From Camelus dromedarius (Eukaryota), in assembly GCF_036321535.1 (NCBI RefSeq), contig NC_087437.1, positions 28,026,001 to 28,090,000 on the forward strand: 64,000 nt of DNA, given 5' to 3'. Under the pieces are notes generated by a model. It ran no database searches. It was given only the letters and a program-made list of their open reading frames with translations, and had not been told where the DNA came from. This document shows, piece after piece, positions 53,601 to 64,000 of the stretch (its first letter is position 1; each line of letters opens with the position of its first letter). Position numbers and translations under genes: made by a program.

Positions 53601-54424
53601 AATGTTCTCCTAAAACAGTCTATTCCAGCAATAGAAATAAAAGCAAGAATAAACAAATGGGACCTAATGAAACTTACAAGTTTCTGCACAGCAAAGGAAA
53701 CCATAAGCAAAACAAAAAGACAACCTACGAAATGGGAAAAAATTTTTGCAAATGAAACCGACAAAGGTTTGATTTCCAGAATATATAAGTAGCTCATATG
53801 AGTTAATAAGAAACAACCAAACAACCCAATCCAAAAATGGGCAGAAGACCTAAACAAGGAATTCTCCAAGGAAGACATACAAATGACCAATAGGCACATG
53901 AAAAAATGCTCAATATCACTAATTATCAGAGAAATGCAAATCAAAACTACAATGAGGTTATCACCTCACACCAGTCAGAATGGCCATCATTCAAAAATCC
54001 ACAAATGACAAATGCTGGAGAGGCTGTGGAGAAAGGGGAATGCAGTTTGGTGCAGGCACTGTGGAAAACAGCACGAAGATTCCTCAAAAGAGTAGGAGTA
54101 GAGTTACTGTATGACCCAGGAATCCCGCTCCTGGGCACATATCCAGAAGGAACTCTACTTCAGGATGACACCTGTACCCCAATGTTCACAGCAGCACTAT
54201 TTACAATAGCCAAGACATGGAGACAGCCTAAATGTCCATCAACAGATGACTGGATAAAGAAGAAGTGGTATATTTATACAATGGAATACTACTCAGCTGT
54301 AAAAACTGACAACATAATGCCATTTGCAGCAACATGGATGCTCCTGGAGAATGTCATTTTAAGTGAAGTAAGCCAGAAAGAGAAACAAAAATACCATATG
54401 AGATCACTCATATGTGGAATCTAA
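50617..54424 (+). pseudogene. L1 ORF2 (endonuclease / reverse transcriptase), disrupted
   Basis: ORF-track fragments with [30 protein letters not shown]; multiple frameshifts. Confidence 0.95.
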
Positions 54425-54769
54425 AAAAAAAACAAAAACAAAAAAAACACAAAAAAACCCCAAACAAACAAATCATAAATACAAAACAGAAACAGACTCA
54501 TAGACATAGAATACAAAATTGTGGTTGCCAAGAGGGTGGAGGGTGGGAAGGGATAGACGGGATTTCAAAATTGCAGAACAGATAAACAATATTATACTGT
54601 ATAGCACAGGGAAATATATACAAGATACTATGGTAGCTCACAGAGAAAAAATATGACAATGAATATATATGTATGTTCATGTATAACTGAAAAATTGTGC
54701 TCTACACTGGAATTTGACACAACATTGTAAAGTGATTATAAATCAATAAAAAATGTTAAAAAAAAAAAA

Positions 54770-55650
54770 CTATACAGATACACAAAAACTAGAGAGAAAG
54801 GAACACAAGCATACCACTAAAGAAAATCATCCAACCACAAAGGAAGAAACTAAAAAAAGAAGAAAAAAGAACTACAGAAAGAACCTGAGAACAAGTAACA
54901 AAATGGCAGTAAGTACATACCTATCAGTAGTCACTTTAAATGTCAATGGACCAAATACTCCATTCAAAAGACATACGGTGGCTGATGGGATTAAAAAAAT
55001 CTAACACCCATCTATATACTGCTTACAGGAGACTCACTTCAGGGCTAAGGACACATATAGACTAAAAGTGAGGGGATGGAAAAAGATATTTCATGCAAAT
55101 GAAGACAAAAAGAAAGCTGGGATAGCAATACTCACATCAGACAAAGCAGACTTTAAAAGAAAGTCTATAACAAAAGACAAAGAACTATATAATTATAAGG
55201 GCTTAATATGTTAACATTCATTAACATATATGCACTCCATACAAGAACACAAAATAAATACTAACAGACATACAGGGAGAAACTGACAATAACACAATAA
55301 TGGTAGGGGACTTTAATATCCAACTTACATCAGTAGATAATCCAGAGACAAAATCAATAAGGAAACAGTGGTCTTAACACATTAGGCCTTTGGACTTAAT
55401 AAATATCTGCAGGACATTTCATACTAAAACAGCAGAATACACATTTTTTTCAAGTGTACGTGGAATGGTCTCCAGGATAGATCTCATGCTAGGTCACAAA
55501 ATAAGCCTCAACAAATTAAAGAGGCTAGAAATTACATCAAGCACTTTTTTTGACCACAAAGGTATAAAGCCAGAAGTCAACTACAGGGGGGAAAAATGAG
55601 AAAACCACAAACACTTGGAGACTAAACAACATGCTACTAAAAAACCAATT
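54770..55650 (+). mobile_element. Continuation of the older host L1 (ORF2 endonuclease region)
   Basis: MAVSTYLSVVTLNVNGPN... and AEYTFFSS...SRIDLMLGHK...FFDHKG; colinear with 47850-49073. Confidence 0.85.
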
Positions 55651-56567
55651 TAAAAAATCCTTTCAGATATCAGCTTGTGGGTTAATAGCACTTCTATTTA
55701 CACAGCCCAGTCAGAACTGAGACTGCAATATCCACCTAGATGATCCTTCCAACACTATTTCAACTCAGGTTTCTTGTCCTACAAAGTCTCAGCTATACTC
55801 TAGATTTTGTCATTACCAATAATTGCTTTTTCTTTTAAAACTCAATTTCCGCTATTCCTCTCTCTGACCACTCTCTCCTGACTTTCAGATTATTCCTTCT
55901 TGATATCCCCACTCAACAGTTCACCAAATTTACAGGAATATTTGCACCATGCGACTCTATTAAATTTATTGCTTATTTTTCCTTTCTCTCCTACTTCCTG
56001 CCTTTACTTCTTTGCTCTCCCAGTTTAGATTCCATGATCTATCATTTTAGTAATTTTCTTGTAGGAACTCTAAATTACCTGCCACCCATTCTCACACTTA
56101 ACCTCAAACAACCTTCATCATTGTTAAATCCAGCTCTCTATCTACACACTCACAGCCAAGTAACCCTGGAGAAAAACACGTCTGCAGACTTTTGACAACT
56201 AACACCAAGTAAAACCTTAAAACTGTAAAACCACCTTTCCTTATTCCATTGGCATTCCTTTGTATATAAACCCCTAGTCCACACCTTCTCCTTTTTCCTC
56301 AGACCTCTGACGTACACCTCTCACTATCTACTGACCGTCTGTTTTCTCTAATTAAACAGGAGCTGACACAACTTTCCAACATTCCCCACTGCCTTGTCTA
56401 CCAATGTATCTACATCTATTTGCAAACACACTGCCTTCCATTTTGTAACTACGTATTCTTACATAAAAACTGAAATTTACCCAGATCCCACCCCCACCCC
56501 ACCATTTTCAACCCATTTCCTGGATGAGCTGAGGCCTCAGTTCACACTGAAGGCTTAACTCCTCTCC

Positions 56568-57457
56568 TTTTTTCTTTTTTAAACAGCAATTTTCCACGTT
56601 TTAATTTTTAATTTATGGGGAGCCTCAAAAAATAAAAGTGGCCTTGGCGGAGAAGGAATGTCGAGGCCAAGGGAAACTATGGTGATTCCTACCTAGTACA
56701 TGAGATGAGTCTCCTGCCTCAGTTTCCCGCCACCGACTCCATCCAGTACATGTGAAGGTGTCTATGCAGATACAATGCGGGGTCTGGGGATGAGCTGCGG
56801 CTCTCCAGCTGCTTCCTCGGCGTGGAAGTCCGAGCCAGCCTGGGATGGCCGGATTAAATTCAGCGCGAAGACACAGGTTGGAGCGCTTCACTTTGTTAAA
56901 AATGTTCTCCTGGGACAAGCATCGGTGCAGGAAGCCCTGGAGGTGGCTGAGGACAGCGTCGTTGTGTTCTAGAAGGCTCTGTAGGATCTGGCAGCAGCAG
57001 TTCACGCACCGGAGGCTCTACACAGTGGTTACCGCGAGAATGGGCTCGCGGGTCTTGAAGGTTGATGGCAGCTCTCGCGGGAAGGTGTTCAGATCACGGC
57101 CGCGATGCTGATGTCCCCGTGGTCGTAAAGTTCACAGGCTCCCTTGGTGGAAGCGTCTCTGGATTTTGCGACACAGGCGGATCTCTGGGACAGGCCCTCA
57201 GTGCGGAGTCTTTTATCTCTCAGGTATGTCACTGTGAACCTCAGCACTGGGTGGGATGGGTTCACCTCGATTTTTCTCTTTGAGGTATCTCCGACTGACG
57301 CCAAACTGCTGGGTGGACAGAGGGGGCGGCAGCAGTGTCTTGGTGGGAGGGGGCAGCCTGCCGCGTGCGGGTCCCGAGGCCTCTCATGGTCCCGCAGAAC
57401 TTCTGGGGGGACGGCCAGCTGGTCATATGTGAGGTGTACCCGGAGTTCACTCAGATG
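56568..57457 (-). pseudogene. ARHGAP8: 5'-truncated processed pseudogene of ARHGAP8 (BPGAP1), RhoGAP domain plus 3' UTR
   Basis: Minus-strand peptides [64 protein letters not shown] match ARHGAP8; contiguous without introns; ATTAAA at 56600-56605 and A-tail at 56568-56580; many frameshifts. Confidence 0.88.
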
Positions 57458-57910
57458 GATGAAAGAAAGAAAGAAAGAAGGAAACCCTTTCACAAGACCA
57501 CGTTGTCCTCCCGCTACCACCACAATTCTGTTTTCCTTTGGAAGAAATTCTTCAAAGTGAGAAAACTAGGCTCTAATTCCTCTCCATTCATCCTGTCTTA
57601 TATTTACTGCGGTCTGTGTTTTACCCCACAAATCCGCCAAAATACTCTTGGGAATGTCACCAATGACGCCACATTGCTAAATGGAATGCATAATTCTCAA
57701 TCAACTATATCTTATCTTATCAGCAGGATTTGTAGCAGTTGGTTATATGCTTTTGGAATGTGGGCCTTAAAACTTGGTTCTCCTTTTTTGGCCTTCTCAG
57801 TTTTCTTTGCTAGTTGTTTCCCAGTTATGCAGTTTTCAAGCGTTGGCACACCTCAGAATTCAATTCATGATCTTTCCTTTTTTCTGTCTATGCTCACTCC
57901 TAAAATGGTC

Positions 57911-58620
57911 TTTCTTAATCCAGCTTTACTGAGATATAATTGACATATAACATTTTAATTTTAAGCAGTACAATGTAATGATTTGATATATGTATATGTT
58001 GCAAAATGATTACCACAATAAGGTTAATTAACATATCCATAACCTCACATAGTTACAATTTTTTTTAATGTGGGGTGAAAACTTTTAAAACCTACTCTCT
58101 TAGCACCTTCAAATATGCAATACAGTTTCATCAACTATAGTCATTATCCTGTACATCCCCAGAACTTATTCATCATATAACTGGAAGTTTGAACCCTTTG
58201 ACAACCTTCACCCATTTCTCTCATTCCCTACTTTCTTCCCATGGCAAACACCAATCTGTTCTCTACTTCTATAAATTCATTATTTTTGTTTTCTCATGTA
58301 AGTGAAATCTTACAGTATTTGTCTTTCCAAGTCTAGTCTAACTTATTTCACTTATCTTACTTAGCCTAACCCTCTCAGGTTTCATCCATGTTATTGCAAA
58401 TGGCAAGATTTCCTTCATTTTATGGGTTATATCACATTTTCTTTATCCATTCATCTGTTGATGAACAAGTCATTTCCATAACATGACTTCCATAACATGA
58501 CTTGGTTACTGTAAATAATACTTTAGTGAACATAGAGTGCAGGTATATCTTCAAGATAGTTGTTTTATTTCCTTCAGCTATATATCCAGAAGTGGAATTG
58601 CTGGATCATATGGTAGTTAC
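57911..58620 (-). mobile_element. L1MA-like 3' end, antisense
   Basis: CAGCTTTACTGAGATATAATTGACATATAACA...CCAGAAGTGGAATTGCTGGATCATATGGTAGTT. Confidence 0.85.
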
Positions 58621-61367
58621 CTTAGCTGATTTTTTAAGATGGCTTTACTTACCATCTTTGTGCTGGGGCCTTCAGATTTATACGTCTCATCTATTCCTCT
58701 CTCCTGCCAATATATACAGTTGGCATTTTGACATTCTAATAGGCAGTTAAATATAACGTGATCAAAAACAGCTGCTCCTATAACTGTGACTCCAAATTTC
58801 AGGAAATGGAATTCATACTTTTAGTTACTTAGGCCTAAAGTCTCATATTAATCTTTTTTTGTATTGATCTTTTCTTCTTCTTTTCCTCACATCTCAGATC
58901 TGTTCCATCAGTAAATCGGGTTGACTCCACTTCAAAATTATCCCAATCCAATCATTTCTCATAATTTCTATCACTACTAAACTGGGAAAATCCACCATCA
59001 TCCTTATTGTAGTGATCTCCAGTAAACTGCTGTCCTTTGGGGAGTAAATTTTAAAATTTTTTTTAGCATAACTCATTATTTCTTATATTTAGGCACTGTA
59101 AAGCAACACTAACAGAAACAAATTTGTTTTTAATTAAGGAGTTGAGCATGATGTTTACCAAATAATTCCAGCATTTCATTTTTTTACTATGGAGGTGAGA
59201 GCCCAACATGTGAGTTGCTTAGAATATGTTACAGTTAATATAAAAAGTTTGAGTGAAAGTTTCCATTTTTGAAACAAATCAATAGACTAAAATGTGGAAT
59301 GCTTTAAAATCAGTGTAATTTGTTGACATGGACCATATGTCCCTTGGAACTCCTAATGAATATTTCCAAGACTTTAATTCTAAAACTTAAGGAAAAAAGG
59401 AAAATACTTTAAAATATGAAACAGGAAAATAAACATAAGAGCCAGTCATTTGATAGTGCTTCCTTTAATTTCAGGTAACACTGATTGACCTCTAATCGTA
59501 TGTTCTCTCTATGAGAAGTCTCTAGAACTTCAACAGTGAAAATCAAAGTAATTATACTTACACAGCCGAATGTGTTACGTGGTCTCACAAAGTTATTAAA
59601 AAATTCTGGGGAAGACTGAGTTTTGAATTGACTAAAGGGAAGGAAGTTTAAGAGCACAGTACAGAATAGTGGCCAATAAGGCAAATTACATTTTCTCTAG
59701 AAAACAAGTACCAGATCATAAATTAAGGTCCTGTAAAGCTGAATGGAAAACATTTTGTATATATAGTCCTAACTGTCTCTATTAAATATATTGCTGTAAA
59801 GTGAGTCAGAAAGTGGGACATTATAAAATGGTTTTAATTTTCTGTATGGATCTGATCAGGAATCAATACTAAATAAATTATAGCTTTGGCCTTCAATGTC
59901 ATAAGAACAAATATGCAACAATTGGACGCTTATTATTCAAGTGAAGTTAGCAGGAGCCCTACTCTAGCTAAACAGTTTACTCTCTTCCCCACCCACACAC
60001 TCAAATTCACAAACATATGCATGAAGACTTGGGACACACAATTATCATGAACAACTATTTGTAAATAATTAAGGCTTCTATTCTAAATATTGAGGAAAAG
60101 GTTGCAGTGTTTAATCAAATTTGAAATAGAACCCAAGTTGGATAAAGAAAAAAAAATGAAATAATAAAAACAAAATTAGAGAAGGAAAGAATAGATTCAG
60201 TTCCCTGCCACTAATCCAAAATTTCTTTAAAATATGGGAAATATTAATAAATTATGCTCCTTTCTTCATATTTTATTTTTAGGTATTCATGAGTTTGCTT
60301 AAGTAAGGTTAGGTGTATTTAAACTTGTCCTTTCAACATTTCATAAAGCAGAGATCCAAGCTTTGAACCAAGCCAGGCATTCTGGGTACCAGGATGGTAA
60401 GGAATCCTGGCTGGAAAGGGAAATGGAGGCAGGAAATAATACAGACATAAGCAGTGAGTAGTCATTATTTTATCACTATTCAGCTAGCCTCCTGTAGTTA
60501 ATTAAGGTAGGAGTTAATCAGTAACTTGCCCATTAAAAGGTTAAGATTGGAAGTAAAGTAACTGCAGCAAGTTCAGGTTTTCCTGACTTTCCTATTTGCA
60601 AAAACTTTAATCTCCTGTCATAGTAGGCAAGGGACTACTGACTGCAGGGGTATTTCTAATGTCAGAGTGCCTAGGATAAAAACTCAGTTTTGTATTTTGC
60701 TATGCAGGTCTCTTGGGTAAGTTACTGCAACTGCTCTTTGTTTCTTCATCTATAATATATGGATACTATATGCAATTATACAATTTGTACTTCTTTTGAT
60801 ATTGAAATTGTATATATAAATTTCCAGCAAGTGACTGGCATTTGTGTCATAAAAATCAATGAATCATCAGCCTTCAAAAGCTGATTGGATATGTGGAGAT
60901 AAGGAAGAAAAATCAGTCATGCTTCTGTCCTATTTGACTGGATAACTAGATGAATGGTGATGCCATTCATGAAGATAGAAATGCAAAGAAGATGGGGATG
61001 GTGTGGATATGCATTAGGAAGGCGGTGGAGAAGAGAAAGATGATTCTAGTTTTAGGATGTTGTGATTAAGGTACCGTTTTATAAGAAGTATTTTTCACTG
61101 CTTCCTCTGTCTATATTCTTTTCTAAGGAAAATTACATTCAACAGGTACTACTTGACCCCATGCCATGTTTATTCCTTACTCAGGACCCATAGACCCAGC
61201 TGAAAAGGTGAGCTTAGAAAGTTAGACCTCTCATTCAAAAATTGGGAATGATGTCACTAGGCTAAGGAAGTTGTGCTGAAGGAGTATGCAGCCTTAGGGA
61301 CTATTTGAAGCCATATAAGAAGAGAAGACGATGGAGTAAATAATGAGAAATAATAAATGATAGTGAT

Positions 61368-61410
61368 AATAGATAGACAGACATATAGACAGATAGAAAG
61401 ATAGACAGAC
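61368..61410. repeat. (GATA/GACA)n tetranucleotide repeat
   Basis: Directly visible. Confidence 0.8.
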
Positions 61411-64000
61411 TAGCTTCCACATATTAATTGCTGACTTCTAAATTTTCAGGTACTTAGTGAGGCCTAACTGTACTTGTATTTGTGTTCTTATTTGTGATAG
61501 CATCTTTAAAGTAAGCCTCTTTTGCAATCTGATATGCCCTGACCAGAATACTGTAGGTGAAACCATCTACCTAGTTGGCATTCTCTGTTTTCTGTAATCC
61601 CCAAAGCACTCTAATACAGTCGTTACTACACATGGTCAGTAAAAACTCACAGACGATCTATTTTAGCAAGCTTAGGGTGATGATATTGCAGAGAAGTTCA
61701 CATCACAGTCATGTACTTTGTACTCAAATGTGTTTGCTCCTTATTTCAGAGTTGGCCTGACATGAAGGGCTATGTTTATTTCATGGATTATGAAATTATA
61801 TGTCTCTTAATCTAATCCTCCTCCCAGAAACCAAGAAAATGTGTCATTAAGAAGACATTTTTGCTTCTCTGCTGCAAGCCTTTTTAACATAATATAAAGT
61901 TTAATAAAAAACATATCAAAGGAAATAAAATGCAGTATACTAAGAGACCAAGAGCCACATGATGATTTTATATATTTTTAAGTCCCATATTTAGTATTCC
62001 ACATGTCAAAGAGTCTTTGAGGAAAGGTGGAGGACATGAAGCTTCCCATTAAGAGTTTTGTTACATCCTCAGTCCCGTATCTCTGTGGTTCCTGGGTGGT
62101 AACTGATTGTTTCAAATACACTTTTAATAATTATTTAAGACAGGGGCCTTATTTTATTGTCTGTCTTTACCTCAGACAGAGGCTCATGTAGTATTTAGCC
62201 ATAAAAGGGATAATTTAAACATATCATTAACTAATTTATTACCAAATATATATATAGAAGGTGGCATCTTTCTATGGAAAGTTTTGGATAATATGCTGTA
62301 ATTTATTAAAGGTAAGTTAATTTGTTTTTTAAACCTCACTTGCCAATCAAAATACAACATACATCATTGGTTCACTGATTTCAAGCAGGCCATTCCATTG
62401 CTTGCCTTACATGGGACACAGATTCATGAGGGTAATGGGAGCCCCAGAGTTCATGGCCATGGAAAGAGAATATCATTGAGTTATGAGCTGTGGGAATTTA
62501 AAGATATAAGAGGTCAGTGAACTGGGTCTCATAGGACATGAGGACACAGCAACTATGAAACACAAGAAAGTAAACTTTGTGACAGAAAAAAAAATATATA
62601 GAGAACATAAAAAGGCAAGTAACTAAAAGATCTTTGAAACAATCATACAAAACTTCAACTATTGATGGATAATATTACTATGTGAATACTAGTATGAAGA
62701 AAATAGATGTTCTGCCAGTAAGAATAAAATGTTGCCCATTCAAAATTATAGGTCTCAATCATGCATTATCAAGAGTTAGAATTTTTAGCCTGTAAACACT
62801 GTGTCTCAGGGATTTTTAAATCTCAGAGGAAAATGCAAGTCCAAAAAATAAACATTGTAATTAAGTCCATTCTGTTCAGTATAGTTATTTCTAATCCAGA
62901 ATTTGAAAAGCTCTATGCCCATGGGGCTCCTCTATCAAGGCATGACCTCTGGTACCTGGGAACTATGCAACAGCCTCTGTGCATAGATGTGTAGACATTG
63001 TTTTAGAGAAATGTTAATTAGCTATCTTGAAATGTCTTGCTGACTTATTATAGATATGCAGGTTCCTCTGTTTTACAACTAAAAATGACCTAATGTCAGT
63101 TTTGTAAGGAAAAAGTCCATTGAGGGGTGAGTGGGCATGTGATTCATGTTCTTACCATCTGTCATAAGAAGACTGGTCTTAGCCATCTTGGAGGTAGGAG
63201 GAATCATTCAATAGGACTGGAAAATTCTAAGCGTTTATCCCCTGTCCTCATCAAAGAATGTCTGTAACAGAGGACATAGGATGGTGGAGCTGCTCTAGTC
63301 TAGGAACCTTTTTGGAATTAAGCATGGGCTTAATTTTTCCCTTCAAGACAAAAGAGTGCCAATTCTACAAAACAGAACACTCGTATCTCTTGGCCCTGAT
63401 AAGGCCCCCATAATTCTAACCTCCTAAGATTGTGCCAGATTAGGTTCCTGTATTTACAGGGACAAAGGAACATTAAGGAACATTTCTTTCTCTTATGGAT
63501 GGTCCCTTTTGTCAGAACAACAGTGTAACATCCTTTTTCTAGTTTATTTTAGTCAATCCTACATGGAAGTTATAAAGATTTTTATTGCCAAAGTTAAGAC
63601 AACTTATTTTACATTTCATTTCTTTCTCTTTATGATACTTACATAGTTTGAAATGAAATACATTAAACTGGCAGAAATTTAAGAGCACAACCATATAAAT
63701 GATAGTATGATAAACACTATCAAAAGAATATTTATTTGCTATTATCATTGCATCTAATAGCAATATGTAACTTTAAGCTGAGACAGGTGCGGATCTAGAG
63801 GTACATAATTTCCCCTCAGGATTATGCAGCAATTATTTATGTGATGACATAAATAATAGGCTTAAGTTTCATGATTCAAACAAGCTACACAGCTTCAAGT
63901 CATTTATCATTTAGCTCCTTAAAGGTAATAAGACGCTGAAACAGAACCATTTTCAGTTCAGACTTAATGATCCTAATCATGAGTCATGTTTTCTCATTGT

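Larger units (their letters stand above)
49075..54769 (+). mobile_element. Near-full-length, relatively young but inactive LINE-1 (~5.7 kb)
   Basis: Starts with YY1-type CAAGATGGCGG, has ORF1, ORF2 (EN, RT with YADD), 3' UTR, AATAAA and poly(A); several stops and frameshifts. Confidence 0.96.
55690..59040. mobile_element. Ancient L2 element interrupted by the ARHGAP8 retrocopy and an L1 3' end
   Basis: CT-rich L2-like phrases (CTCTCTGACCAC, GTCACCAATGAC...CACATTGCTAAAT, TCCATCAGTAAATC); boundaries approximate. Confidence 0.6.

Noticed and set aside
50598..54138. Several minus-strand ORFs of 60-152 aa
   Set aside because: Antisense frames of L1 ORF2, a common artefact.
57335..57943. 202-aa ORF, the longest in the track
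   Set aside because: Spans the antisense ARHGAP8 retrocopy, a GAAA repeat and L2 sequence; non-ATG start and no coherent homology.
59040..64000. SUCNR1, expected downstream of AADAC by human synteny
   Set aside because: No GPCR ORF or recognisable exon seen; presumably beyond the window.

Overview
AT-rich mammalian genomic DNA, probably camelid: a tRNA-derived SINE resembling camelid Vic-1 is present, recognised from memory rather than by search. The first 12 kb holds exons 2-5 of an intact arylacetamide deacetylase gene (AADAC or a close paralogue) on the + strand; exon 1 lies upstream of the window. Exon 2 is bracketed by a ~375-bp intronic inverted repeat that is not an obvious transposon and has a near-perfect 116-bp core. 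Downstream is a fragmented tandem AADAC pseudogene missed by the ORF track: a frameshifted exon 1 at 21.2 kb and a splice-dead exon 3 at 30.8 kb, with no exon 2 found. Its first intron carries a 7.2-kb sense-oriented non-autonomous ERV1 provirus (4-bp TSD, tRNA-Arg PBS), and a solo LTR of the same family follows exon 3. The LTRs are mosaic in a way that suggests ectopic gene conversion. The rest is intergenic: more solo LTRs, a near-full-length L1 nested in an older L1, a 5'-truncated CpG-rich ARHGAP8 retrocopy, an unidentified UTR-like retro-insertion and old repeats. I see no new protein-coding system; the best candidate for undescribed biology is the inverted repeat around AADAC exon 2. Repeat subfamily names are approximate.
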